In this document: positions 10,382 through 20,426 of the stretch, one piece after another
Position numbering within the stretch: the stretch's first letter is position 1
How the letters are laid out: each line of letters opens with the position of its first letter
Notes under the pieces: generated by a model
The model's input: only the letters and a program-made list of their open reading frames with translations
Databases searched by the model: none
Told to the model about the DNA's origin: nothing
Virus record (IMG/VR): IMGVR_UViG_3300050343_000265
Location: 1-64,000 of that record
Source: a virus
Strand: one strand, 5' to 3'
DNA length: 64,000 nucleotides
Program-made: the position numbers and the translations under genes

Positions 10382-11920
10382 ATGGCAATTGCAAGTTCTT
10401 CATTAGCATTTAAACGAGCTGCCTTGATGACAGCTACGAAGGTTACATCAAAACCCCCAACACCAGAGGTACTAAGAGCACGCGACGATTTCAAGGACTT
10501 TTGTGTAGCAATGGGAAAAGCTCCAGCACATCACATGTTGGAGTGGCATACGGAGTTATGTACCGGTAAAGATAGCGAGTGCCTACTTGGAATAGCGGGT
10601 CCTAATACTTCAATTTTGGCACCACGAGGATCAGCCAAAAGTACCGTGCTTGGTTTATTCGCAGCTTGGATGATTGGACGTCACACAGCTGCTAAAAAAA
10701 TGTTGAGGATCTTGTATATCGCATATATGGTAGACATCAGTAGAGCCAAGTCTGCAACTATTAAAGGGATTCTTACTAGTAACAAGTACAGAGAAATCTT
10801 TCCAATGGTGAGATTAAGTAAAATAAAACGTTCGGATGAATATTGGTCAATTGATTATGATTTTGCAGGTATTGATACAGCAGGTGAAGAAGCTTTTACA
10901 ATTGCGTGTGGTGGTCTCAAAGGTGCAATCACCTCTAAACGATCACAGCTGGTGCTTATTGATGACCCTATTAAATCTGCCGCTTCGATCAACAACCCAG
11001 ACATTCGCCGTGAGATGGAGCAAACGTGGTCTAACGTTATCGCACCAACGATGTTCCAAGGTGCACGGGCTATCTGTTTGGGAACCCGCTTCCACTTTGA
11101 CGATGTTCACGCAACTCTGTTTACTCCCAAGCACAACTGGAAACAGATAGTCCAAAAGGCTGTAATTACAGATGCTGAAGGTAGACAACGTTCATACTGG
11201 CCAGAATTCTGGTCTATGAAATATCTCAACGAAAGAAAGCTTGAAAACCGTACCGCATTTGCATATCAGTATTTGAATACAGCTGTCCGTAATACAGATG
11301 TAGGCATCTCACCTGAATTGATTGTTCGTTCTGAAGTGCCTGAAGACTATGACTGTCTTGGTGTAGGAATTGACTTGAGTGCAGGATTATCAGAAAAGAA
11401 TGACTGGACTGTATTTACACTTGGTGGAATTAAAGAAGGCAAGATTTATTTAATTGATCAACGTCGTGAGCGGACCATGGGAAACATGGACAAGATGGAC
11501 ACGCTTTGTGAAATGCTTGCAGATTGGAACATCCTTGTAGAAAACGATGAAGGTCAGTTCTTTCCAACAATGTCACCTTGCATAATCTGGCCTGAAGCTG
11601 TTGCGTACCAAACTTCTTTTGAAGGTGACTTCAAACGAATCATGCATGAAAATCGTGCTCTATACAATCTGACAGTTTCTCCAGTCAAAGGTTTTAAGGG
11701 AGACAAATTAGCGAGATTACGCGGAGTTCTAGGTTTATATGAAAATCGAAGAGTTGTTTGGAACAAGTGGAGAAAGTGGAATGTACTTGAAGAAGAGCTC
11801 TTAAACTTTGGTCATTCACAACATGATGATGCTGTTGACAGTATGGTTTTAGTTATGGGTGGACTACTTAGAAGAGGTAGTTTACAAATTGACTACAATA
11901 GTGACAGCTTTAGTTTATAA
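10382..11920 (+). CDS. terL: Terminase large subunit
   Basis: Walker A APRGSAKST, Walker B LVLIDD, GTR coupling motif, RNase H-like GIDL..HDDAVD. Confidence 0.95.
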   Translation: MAIASSSLAFKRAALMTATKVTSKPPTPEVLRARDDFKDFCVAMGKAPAHHMLEWHTELCTGKDSECLLGIAGPNTSILAPRGSAKSTVLGLFAAWMIGRHTAAKKMLRILYIAYMVDISRAKSATIKGILTSNKYREIFPMVRLSKIKRSDEYWSIDYDFAGIDTAGEEAFTIACGGLKGAITSKRSQLVLIDDPIKSAASINNPDIRREMEQTWSNVIAPTMFQGARAICLGTRFHFDDVHATLFTPKHNWKQIVQKAVITDAEGRQRSYWPEFWSMKYLNERKLENRTAFAYQYLNTAVRNTDVGISPELIVRSEVPEDYDCLGVGIDLSAGLSEKNDWTVFTLGGIKEGKIYLIDQRRERTMGNMDKMDTLCEMLADWNILVENDEGQFFPTMSPCIIWPEAVAYQTSFEGDFKRIMHENRALYNLTVSPVKGFKGDKLARLRGVLGLYENRRVVWNKWRKWNVLEEELLNFGHSQHDDAVDSMVLVMGGLLRRGSLQIDYNSDSFSL

Positions 11921-11926
11921 AGAGGC

Positions 11927-12511
11927 ATGTCAAAACTAAAAAAAAGAATGGCTGGGAAAAAGCTTGATGAACGTTTTGGTGAAGGGTTCACAGATCGCGT
12001 AAAAGGCGATGGAATGCAGGAACCTACTAAACAGGGTTATTCCAAACGAGAATTGCTTGCTGAATTTCGCGGACGTCCAGATGGTGTAAGTATCGATGAA
12101 GGTGAAGGAAACTTAGTTGATAAATACCAAGGTCTTGTAGACTCAGGCAAAAGATTCAATAATCAAGCTGAGGACTATCTAAAAAGCCATGGTGTGATTT
12201 TTAATCAGCCTGAAGAGATTGTTATCAAAGATGAGCCTGAAGAAATCGATCTTATTACTGATGAGCCTACAGTTGAATATACTCCAGCACCTGTAACATT
12301 TTCCTCAGCACCAATTCAATCAATCGTGAGTAGTGGAGACGGTGGAATGAATATTAACCAGGACAATGATATTAGTAATATGATCTACGGCAATGATAAT
12401 AATGTTTCGAACTATCAAGATAATTCCATAGGCAATATTGGGGATGAATTATATGCCCAACGAAATCCCATGGATTTCAAAAATATGTTCATGCAAAATC
12501 TATTTAGCTGA
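11927..12511 (+). CDS. Hypothetical protein with Asn/Asp-rich NINQDND motif
   Basis: Motif shared with the next gene; N-terminal RMAG. Confidence 0.7.
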   Translation: MSKLKKRMAGKKLDERFGEGFTDRVKGDGMQEPTKQGYSKRELLAEFRGRPDGVSIDEGEGNLVDKYQGLVDSGKRFNNQAEDYLKSHGVIFNQPEEIVIKDEPEEIDLITDEPTVEYTPAPVTFSSAPIQSIVSSGDGGMNINQDNDISNMIYGNDNNVSNYQDNSIGNIGDELYAQRNPMDFKNMFMQNLFS

Positions 12512-12521
12512 GGACTGAACC

Positions 12522-14047
12522 ATGGCAAGAAGGAATCAAGGTAAAGGAAACAAAGGCGGTGGAAACCGAGGTGGTGGAAACCGAGGTGGTGGAAACAAAG
12601 GTGGTGGAAATAGAGGTGGTGCCAATAATCCGGGGTGGTGGAGGCGGTAGAAGTCAGCCTGCAGCACAGAGTGGAAGAGGTGGCGGCGGTAGAAGTCAGC
12701 CTGCATCCAGTCCTTCACCACAGCCAGCTCAAGCTAAAGCGCAAAGTCAGCTTAGAACTAAAGTCCAAGGACTCCGCGCTAAAGCCAGGGAAGCTACTAA
12801 ATCTGGTAACGATACTCGTGCAAGCCAAATTCGTGCAAAGATTGGCAATAAGAGAATTAAAAATACACGTAATAAACTTGCTACAGCTCAAGCTGCGGGC
12901 AATACAAAGCGTGCTGGACGTGTTGGTAATCGTCTAGAGAATTTAAAAACAAAGAGAAACGATAGACGTCAAAAATCTTTTAACTCACAGCAGAATGTCA
13001 ACAGTGCGGCAGATTTTGATTTTGCAAAACATTCTAAAGGGAGAGTCGGCGTAAGGGAGCTCGGGTATCTCAAACGTGATAAAGGTTTCTCTAGAGATGA
13101 AATTGCTGCAGCCGCCAACAATAGTGGATTAAAAATTGGCAAGCGAGCTCAGAATCGCCTTAATAGGTGGGCTTCCGCTAAAGATAAAGCTAATGGCACT
13201 CCTGTACCTGAAGGTAGTCAAACAATTATAAATGAAGAGCAACCTCCAAAATTTGACCAACCGTTGACTACTATGCCTGTACCTCAACCATCTCCTTCTC
13301 CTTCTCCTTCACCTTCACCTTCACCTTCACCTTCACCTTCTCCTTCTCCTTCTCCTGATAAGCCGATCACAGTTGTTAACCCCCAACCAAATCCATACGT
13401 TACTCCTAACCCGACCATCGTCACTCCTCAACCTACCGTTCAACCTTACTCAGCCAAATCCTTATATAACTGATATTGATGATAGCTTCAATGATTTTGA
13501 TGATAGCTTCAACAATAACAACGACCAAGATGTTGACTACACTCAGACGTTAAATGTTAATCAAGACAATGACATCAACAATAATGTTACTGGTGACGGC
13601 AACTACATAAATAATCAGCAAGATAATTCCATTCGTAACTACGGTGGGGATCAGCGCGTCTTTAATTATCAAAGCAATGGTTATGGTGGCACAGGCAGAG
13701 GTGTAGATAGTCCTGCATCTGCTGCAACAATGGCCGGTTTCTATTCACCTAGTGATAGTCATGCCGCTAACGCTGCTCGTCTTGATCGACGCATAACTCA
13801 AGGAAACGATTATGCGAAGAACAATATGAATACAAGTAATATTGCACAGGGTGCAATGATGATGGCAAAACAAAATAGAAGCATTGATCCAGCTCTCATG
13901 GATCAGCGTGTTCAAGGACGAGGTGCTGCAAGTAAAGCTCAGGCTTACATGATGGGTAACTCTATTTATGGTGACCTTGCTGGCTTTAGGCCCCAGTGGA
14001 ATCAACCACAGTCCCCTAAGCCACCTCAAATGCCCAATTTCGGTTAG
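12522..14047 (+). CDS. Low-complexity protein (GGGNR repeats, (SP)n linker, Asn-rich C-terminus); frameshifts near 12628 and 13460
   Basis: Start MARRNQGKGNKGGG at 12522; architecture like 47176-48936. Confidence 0.6.
13288..13356 (+). repeat. 6-bp microsatellite encoding (PS)n
   Basis: (CCTTC[TA])n. Confidence 0.9.
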
Positions 14048-14096
14048 TACATTAAATAAGAATTAATCGATAGACTAATAGTAAAGAGAACATAGT

Positions 14097-16379
14097 ATGA
14101 ATCAATCAGGAGATAACGGATTCAATCAAATCCTCACTGCTGCCAAGGAGCGGCGTGGGGACTTGTCCGTTGACACAATGATTGTTAGTTCTCATCTATC
14201 ACAGATGAGAATGTTCATGCTACGTCGGGGTGTTGAGTTCTATGCTGAACAAGATAGCTACGGCTATCGAAAAGAGTTTCTTTCAAAAGTCTGCGAGCAA
14301 AATATGCTCGACATGAAACTAGATAGTATTGTTGATTATTTCTTATGTGACGGACAGGGTTTATTCTACTTCCGTCCATCTGGTGATGATTATCAACTTC
14401 TTTACTTTCCAAAAGAAAACTATAGAGCCTATAGAGATCAGGAAGGTAATTTAAGTAGTGTTATATTACGCTATACCTTTAACGTACAAGAAAACAAAGG
14501 CTTTGACAACTATCCCACCAACACTCAACGTGGTGGAAAGAAAAAATATATCAAACTTCAAGTCTATAAAGATCGAATCGAGCAAACAATTTCTGATGAA
14601 AAAATTGAATTCGAGAATTCACTAGGGGGACCACAAGTTTCATTACCGGGTCAAGTTGAAACACTCACTAATAGTCTTGGTTTTATTCCAGCAGTAGAAA
14701 TCTATAACTACATGGACTGTACCGGTGAAGCTGCTGGTAATGGTGAGTTTGAATGGTTGTCCAACCAAATCATGTATCACAATGAATTGGTTCAGAATGT
14801 TCGTAAGAACTTGAAGTTCTTCGGCAATCCTACGTTGATTTCTAGTCGTCCTAAGCAGGATATTATTGAAAGTGGTGATGAAAATACTTTCCGTCCAACA
14901 ATAAGTTCACAAGCTGGCTTCAGTGCTATTGGACGTTCTAGTACACGTGTAAGTGAACCGTTTGGCGGTGCTTCCATGCTGGACGGACAAATCAGAGTCC
15001 CGAGAGTTATTGCAAACCTAGAACCAACGGATCGTATTAGCTATCTAACGCCTGACAGCGTTAGTGGTGATCAAAACATGTATGTCAAGCAATACCGTCA
15101 AGAGATTCGTCTAGCACTTGGTGGTGTGGATGATCTTGACTTCCAAGCTGCTGGTACTGCATATGAAATTAAAACTCTGTATGGACGTGTAGCAGCGACT
15201 GCTGAAAAGAAAGCACGTGCCATGTTTACGTATGGTCTTTGCCGCTTATTTTCATTAATGATCTCTCATGAAGAACGTATGTTTAATGAGAGCTTTAGCG
15301 TAGCAATTGGATTGGAAAAGCCTGTAATTCCACTCATAGAAGATTATCCAAACCCCGAAGATTATCAAAAGCAGAATGAAAAGTATAGAAAGAACTTTGC
15401 TAAGTATGAACGCTTAAAGAATGAAGCACTGAACGCTATACTTGAGGGAGGCGAAATGCCCCCTGGTGTAACTGGACTTATTCCAGATGGAAGCACACAA
15501 GTTGACTGGCGTTGGATGGGTGAAGTTTTTGAAGATAGCTCTGATGAGATCCTTCAAAACTCTATCGTTGTCCGAAACCTGCAAGAAGCAGGCGTTGGTT
15601 CAATTGAAGCACTGAAGTACCTCTTCCCAAGTAAAACTGACGAAGAACGTTCAGCAATGTTAAGTGGATTTCCATTCAGAGTAGTCCAACAAACACAACA
15701 AAGTATTTCTCAATTCATTGGATTACTTGGCAATTTATATCAGTTGCCACATCCACAAACACCGGATAAGCCTTTGGCATCCGACCCGAACCTAGATATC
15801 ACTGGGTTCTTATACAGATCACTAGATTATTTACGTAAGGAGTTAAGTTACAGTGGAAAGTACAAACCAAGTAGCAACGACACAAGCATCAGTAAGCTCT
15901 CCGATGCAGACATCCGCCGCTCCGGTCTCGGCAGGACAGTACGCGACGAGCGCACCCCAGACATTCCAGGGCTCACCGATGGGCCAGGCACCTCAGGCTC
16001 CGGTCTACCAGGCGCAGGCCCCGGTAGCGCAGGCTTCGGCACCAGCGCAGGCCAGCAATCCGTGGCAGGAGGCGTTCCAGGCGCTGAGCGCAAGTTTGAA
16101 TACAAGCAGCCCCTCCCAGGCCCAGGTTCCATCCTCGGCGTATCAGACGCCAACACCTCAGGCACTTATCCAGGCTCCGCTGGCTTCGGTTCCCCAAACC
16201 CAGCAACAAGCCCAGTATTCGGATCACCGGACTTACAGTCCCCAAGCTTCAACCCAGGCTTATCAGCAGCAGGCTTACCAGCAGCAGCTGGCCGCTCAGG
16301 AGGCGTACCAGGCGCAGCAAATGCAGGCTCCGCAGGTAAACGACGGGTACCTAAGTCAAATCAGCGACGAAAGTCTTGA
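14097..16379 (+). CDS. Portal protein with long Gly/Pro-rich tail
   Basis: Position after TerL, size, portal-like segments (GFIPAVEIYN, FFGNPTL). Confidence 0.75.
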   Translation: MNQSGDNGFNQILTAAKERRGDLSVDTMIVSSHLSQMRMFMLRRGVEFYAEQDSYGYRKEFLSKVCEQNMLDMKLDSIVDYFLCDGQGLFYFRPSGDDYQLLYFPKENYRAYRDQEGNLSSVILRYTFNVQENKGFDNYPTNTQRGGKKKYIKLQVYKDRIEQTISDEKIEFENSLGGPQVSLPGQVETLTNSLGFIPAVEIYNYMDCTGEAAGNGEFEWLSNQIMYHNELVQNVRKNLKFFGNPTLISSRPKQDIIESGDENTFRPTISSQAGFSAIGRSSTRVSEPFGGASMLDGQIRVPRVIANLEPTDRISYLTPDSVSGDQNMYVKQYRQEIRLALGGVDDLDFQAAGTAYEIKTLYGRVAATAEKKARAMFTYGLCRLFSLMISHEERMFNESFSVAIGLEKPVIPLIEDYPNPEDYQKQNEKYRKNFAKYERLKNEALNAILEGGEMPPGVTGLIPDGSTQVDWRWMGEVFEDSSDEILQNSIVVRNLQEAGVGSIEALKYLFPSKTDEERSAMLSGFPFRVVQQTQQSISQFIGLLGNLYQLPHPQTPDKPLASDPNLDITGFLYRSLDYLRKELSYSGKYKPSSNDTSISKLSDADIRRSGLGRTVRDERTPDIPGLTDGPGTSGSGLPGAGPGSAGFGTSAGQQSVAGGVPGAERKFEYKQPLPGPGSILGVSDANTSGTYPGSAGFGSPNPATSPVFGSPDLQSPSFNPGLSAAGLPAAAGRSGGVPGAANAGSAGKRRVPKSNQRRKS

Positions 16380-16875
16380 AGTCCTTGAGCACTTTGGTGC
16401 TGAAGCCCCTTCCCTTCTGAACACCTATGCCTGTGCCGTTGAGGATGCCCTCATCGAGCAAGTACAGCGTGGTCAGTCCCAGTCACTCATGCTTGAGGCA
16501 GCTGGTGAAGAGCGTGCAGCTATGAACCTCATGCTCACCGACCCAGACGTTCTTGCTGATTACGTCAACGATTTCTACGGCCCTGAAGGTCCATATCCAA
16601 CTGAGACTCCTCAAGAGGCATATGACCGTGAGCAGTACGAAGCTTACGAACAGTTTGAAGCTGAAATCGAAGCACAAGAAATGGGTCAAGTCCCTGCTTC
16701 CTTCCAGCGTCCACAAATGGACATGCCAGTTCCCGGTCGCCAGCAGAACCCTGCTAATGACTTCTGGGGTGGCTTTAGCCAGATGATGGATCAGAACCCT
16801 GAGAACGCTTGGCAGTACCTTTCCCAGGCACAGCCCGGCATGCTCTCTACGAAGATGCTTGTTCAGGACACCTGA
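15853..16875 (+). CDS. Putative capsid scaffolding protein
   Basis: GTG with AAGGAG RBS, Gln/Ala-rich and acidic, codon bias like MCP, followed by a hairpin. Confidence 0.65.
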   Translation: MESTNQVATTQASVSSPMQTSAAPVSAGQYATSAPQTFQGSPMGQAPQAPVYQAQAPVAQASAPAQASNPWQEAFQALSASLNTSSPSQAQVPSSAYQTPTPQALIQAPLASVPQTQQQAQYSDHRTYSPQASTQAYQQQAYQQQLAAQEAYQAQQMQAPQVNDGYLSQISDESLEVLEHFGAEAPSLLNTYACAVEDALIEQVQRGQSQSLMLEAAGEERAAMNLMLTDPDVLADYVNDFYGPEGPYPTETPQEAYDREQYEAYEQFEAEIEAQEMGQVPASFQRPQMDMPVPGRQQNPANDFWGGFSQMMDQNPENAWQYLSQAQPGMLSTKMLVQDT

Positions 16876-16887
16876 TAAGTAACAGTA

Positions 16888-16911
16888 AGGGGGTACTTAG
16901 ATGTATCCCCT
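16888..16911 (+). terminator. Stem-loop after the scaffold gene
   Basis: AGGGGGTAC..GTATCCCCT. Confidence 0.5.
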
Positions 16912-16940
16912 ACAATATAAGTATTAGTTAGTAATTGAAA

Positions 16941-17429
16941 ATGCAAAGAATTTCTCCTTTTACTATTGCAGAAGAGATGGTTGCTAATGCATCAGCTCAA
17001 AATGGTCAACGTGGAATGCTTCGTACTTCAGCACCACTAGGCCCACAAGCAATGGCTGCTCCTAGTCCGTACACTGATGTACGTGCTGCTGATGACGCGC
17101 AGGCTTACAACAACTCCAGAATGATGGAGCAAAACATCAATCAAAATACTTTTACTGCCATGCAGCAGGCAGGCGCTAATGCAAAGCGTGGTGTTCAAAA
17201 ACAACAGCTTGCAATGGACAATCAGGAATATAAAGCAAATGCACTCCTTACACAGCGCACAGGTGAAGTTCTCAGCATGATGAATTCGCCAGCCACGTTA
17301 GCAATGGGCAATATGTCGCCACCACAAATGGCAGCATTCCGAGCTGACATTGCAACTGGCAAAGCAATGGCAATGGGAGTTAATCCAGATTTGGTTATGA
17401 ATCAAGTTAACGAACAACGTTACGGTTAA
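16941..17429 (+). CDS. Hypothetical Met/Gln-rich protein
   Basis: ORF with TACAAT at 16911. Confidence 0.7.
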   Translation: MQRISPFTIAEEMVANASAQNGQRGMLRTSAPLGPQAMAAPSPYTDVRAADDAQAYNNSRMMEQNINQNTFTAMQQAGANAKRGVQKQQLAMDNQEYKANALLTQRTGEVLSMMNSPATLAMGNMSPPQMAAFRADIATGKAMAMGVNPDLVMNQVNEQRYG

Positions 17430-17466
17430 TTTATTAGAATAAAGAGAGTTGTTGTAGATAGTTATT

Positions 17467-17757
17467 GTGCGCTTAGCAGGACAAGAAACACAACACGATC
17501 CTGAGGTATTCCAAACTATTTGGAAACACCTTAAAAGTGATGGCGTGCCAGATCAAGCCGCCAATCAAATGACAGCAGAGATGCTGACTCATGGAGAAGA
17601 TTTTGAAAGCAGTGTAGAAAGATATCAACAGTTCGAAGATAACTATCGATCAAAAGGATTTAACGAACATGCTGCACAAGCAATGGCAGTCGAAGCATTA
17701 GAAGGAAGAGAAGAAGCCCCGAAGGAAAGTATTAGATTTGCTCGCACACATGCTTGA
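17467..17757 (+). CDS. Hypothetical protein with internal helical repeat
   Basis: KSDGVPDQAANQM / RSKGFNEHAAQAM; starts MRLAG. Confidence 0.7.
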   Translation: MRLAGQETQHDPEVFQTIWKHLKSDGVPDQAANQMTAEMLTHGEDFESSVERYQQFEDNYRSKGFNEHAAQAMAVEALEGREEAPKESIRFARTHA

Positions 17758-17782
17758 CTAAATATAGAATAAGGGCTAGATT
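17754..17782 (+). promoter_or_regulatory. Sigma70-type promoter of the phage sigma gene
   Basis: TTGACT-N17-TAGATT. Confidence 0.55.
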
Positions 17783-17805
17783 TAATATATAGACAAGAAA
17801 ACAAT

Positions 17806-18744
17806 ATGTCAGCAAAAATTTCAGGTGATTCCGTACGTTCTTACCTTCGAGATATCGGACGCATTCCACTACTAGAGCATGACGAAGAAATCATACTTGG
17901 TCGTCAAGTTCAACGAATGATGGAAATCAAAGCATGTGAAGATCTACTAAATAAGCCAAGTCAAGAGGACCTAGCTGTATCACTTGGTATTACTACAAAA
18001 GAACTAAAACGTGATATGCGTGATGGTAAAAGAGCCAAAGACAAAATGGTTACGGCAAATCTGCGATTAGTTGTGTCAGTTGCCAAGAAATATACAAAAC
18101 GGAATATGGAATTGCTTGATATTATTCAAGAAGGAACAATTGGATTGGTAAGAGGTGTTGAAAAGTTTGATCCTGGCCGTGGTTACAAGTTCAGTACTTA
18201 TGCATATTGGTGGATTAGACAAGGTATTACTAGGGCAATTGCGGAGAAGTCACGCGCAATACGCTTGCCGATCCACGTCACTGAGAATCTCAACAAGCTT
18301 AAGAAAGCACAGCGGGAGCTAAGTCAGTTAAATGGGGAACTACCAAATGTATTTCAGCTAGCTGACTATCTAGGCTTATCAGTTGAAGAGATCAAAGACC
18401 TGATGTGTAAGGCTAGACAACCTACTTCGCTCGAAATCAAGATTGGTGAAAATCGAGATACTGCATTGATTGATCTACTAGAAGACGAAAGTCAACTGCC
18501 TGACATGTTAATTGAACGTCAGTTCATTAAAGAAGATATTAGAGATTTAATTAAAGACCTGCCTGAGATGCAAGCTGCTGTAATCTCTATGCGCTACGGC
18601 ATAGGTGAAGATATCTTGGAACCAATGTCTATGACAGCTATTGGTCAAGTTTTAAATATGAGCCGTGATCGCGTGCGTACTCTTGAGCAAAAAGCAGTAA
18701 GAGGACTCAGAGAACATAACCAGCAAATTAGTAATTATCTCTAA
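17806..18744 (+). CDS. RpoD-like (cyanobacterial group 2-type) RNA polymerase sigma factor
   Basis: Regions 1.2 (DSVRSYLRDIG), 2 (NLRLVVSVAKKY, GYKFSTYAYWWIRQ), 3 and 4 (SRDRVRTLE). Confidence 0.96.
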   Translation: MSAKISGDSVRSYLRDIGRIPLLEHDEEIILGRQVQRMMEIKACEDLLNKPSQEDLAVSLGITTKELKRDMRDGKRAKDKMVTANLRLVVSVAKKYTKRNMELLDIIQEGTIGLVRGVEKFDPGRGYKFSTYAYWWIRQGITRAIAEKSRAIRLPIHVTENLNKLKKAQRELSQLNGELPNVFQLADYLGLSVEEIKDLMCKARQPTSLEIKIGENRDTALIDLLEDESQLPDMLIERQFIKEDIRDLIKDLPEMQAAVISMRYGIGEDILEPMSMTAIGQVLNMSRDRVRTLEQKAVRGLREHNQQISNYL

Positions 18745-18777
18745 TTACAATAAGAGTAGGTACCAAGACCACATGCG

Positions 18778-19461
18778 ATGAATGTCACACAACAGGTTAT
18801 AAATATTGAGCAAAGCTACGGTGGGGCTCCTAAAGCAAATCCCGAGTATTATTCAACAAACAAAACACTGGATTATGCGAAAGGATCTAATAGCTTATTA
18901 AATGCTCGATCTGAAATCATAACTTCTGTACCTACAACCTTTGCCTACAAAGACTCGGTTGGTTTGTTTGGTGCAGAGAATGTTTTTATCAAAGTTGATT
19001 TAGATATACAGAGTGGAAAAGGATTTTACCAAAACGTCCCATCTCTTCTTGACAACGGATATTACAGTATATATGTAAATACCACCGATCCTGATATTGA
19101 TTTTTTCTTTGACCCAGCAGAGATGGATTTCGCTCGTGAGTTCTTTCCTGAAAATAGTTTTGAACCTACAACATTAAATGACAACCTTGATAACATTAGA
19201 CATCCGGTAGTAAGTGTATCTATAAATAATTTAAAGACAGGAAACAAATTTGTCGATGCTTGGTTCGATGTTCGGTTGTACACCAAAGATCGTATTGAGC
19301 ACCCGTACGACACTTTATATATTGATCCAAAGAGTTATTTTTATATTGGTTTCCATGCAAGAAACACAAGAAGACTGCCATACAACGTGAGTATGACAGT
19401 CGGTGATTCTTATATTGCAGAACAAGATTTAACTAGTGAGCAAAGACGCTACCTAGTTTAG
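18778..19461 (+). CDS. Hypothetical, probably structural protein
   Basis: 227-aa ORF; TACAAT at 18746. Confidence 0.7.
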   Translation: MNVTQQVINIEQSYGGAPKANPEYYSTNKTLDYAKGSNSLLNARSEIITSVPTTFAYKDSVGLFGAENVFIKVDLDIQSGKGFYQNVPSLLDNGYYSIYVNTTDPDIDFFFDPAEMDFAREFFPENSFEPTTLNDNLDNIRHPVVSVSINNLKTGNKFVDAWFDVRLYTKDRIEHPYDTLYIDPKSYFYIGFHARNTRRLPYNVSMTVGDSYIAEQDLTSEQRRYLV

Positions 19462-19916
19462 ATATCCTCTTCGTCTGCGTCCTCAACAACCTCAGGTTCG
19501 GGCTCAGGTGCAGGCACAGGTGGAGTAGGCAAAGGATTGATAGAGCGTTTTAGTACACTACCTCCAGAGATTTTAGAGAACTGATACTCAACCAAAAGGT
19601 CATTGCTGCCTTCACCAAAGACAGCTACACGATCAATAGCTCCTTTGCTGTTCTGTGGGAAGGAGAAATTACCATAGCCATCATGGCGAATTTCCATCGT
19701 CACGGGACCAATGTAAGGAACAACCAAACGTACAGATTCGCCGTTATCCAAAGCTACATTGAAGATCGCTGCTTCGATATATTGAATTGATCCCTTTTTA
19801 TTCCACCAACGTGGAAAGCGATGCACCGATCCACGATTAGGCAGAACCAGCTGCATCTCTGTACCAGTGTGATTGACAACGTCAGTGCCACCCTTGTAAA
19901 CAAGTTTATCGGCCAT
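19458..19916 (-). CDS. Hypothetical protein
   Basis: 152-aa ORF with acidic tail. Confidence 0.7.
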   Translation of the reverse strand: MADKLVYKGGTDVVNHTGTEMQLVLPNRGSVHRFPRWWNKKGSIQYIEAAIFNVALDNGESVRLVVPYIGPVTMEIRHDGYGNFSFPQNSKGAIDRVAVFGEGSNDLLVEYQFSKISGGSVLKRSINPLPTPPVPAPEPEPEVVEDADEEDI

Positions 19917-19925
19917 TAGTTTTAC

Positions 19926-20312
19926 TTAAATACCTTCTTCTATTTTAGTCATCTTTTCATCAGCACGTTTTGACCATTGAAGATTATCTGCACGGCAATC
20001 TTTTTTGTTGCTGTTGATATGTTTAACAACGCTACAACCTTTAAGTCGCCCATATGGAGTTGGGGGTAATCCAAGAAAAGCAAATGCAACAAGAGTATGC
20101 ACAGGAATAGTTATTAACTTACGGCGTCCAATGCGTTGAGTTAAGTTTACGACTGGGTAACCACCCTTACTTATTTTCTGCTTAAGAATCCTTTCGATCC
20201 TTCCCTTAGTACTTTTAATAAGACCTTTTTGGTTTACATAGTACTCAATGCAGCACTCAAAACCCGGCAATGTATGCACAGGGATCCATTCATTATTGTC
20301 TATAAAGTCCAT
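19926..20312 (-). CDS. NUMOD4-HNH family protein (degenerate HNH)
   Basis: EWIPV..YYVNQKGLIKS..GYPVVNL..VHTLVAFAF..HINSNKKDCRADNLQW. Confidence 0.75.
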   Translation of the reverse strand: MDFIDNNEWIPVHTLPGFECCIEYYVNQKGLIKSTKGRIERILKQKISKGGYPVVNLTQRIGRRKLITIPVHTLVAFAFLGLPPTPYGRLKGCSVVKHINSNKKDCRADNLQWSKRADEKMTKIEEGI

Positions 20313-20426
20313 ATAACCAAGTATTCTGGGGTATCTAAATAATATTATAGCGGTAACTATTAACATCAGTATATGTGACTAGTCGAAGTCACTTATAAAC
20401 CTTTTAGCTTACGGAGTTAGAAATCC

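Noticed and set aside
642-14047. Stop-codon reassignment
   Set aside because: The breaks are frame changes rather than in-frame stops, and core genes translate cleanly with code 11.
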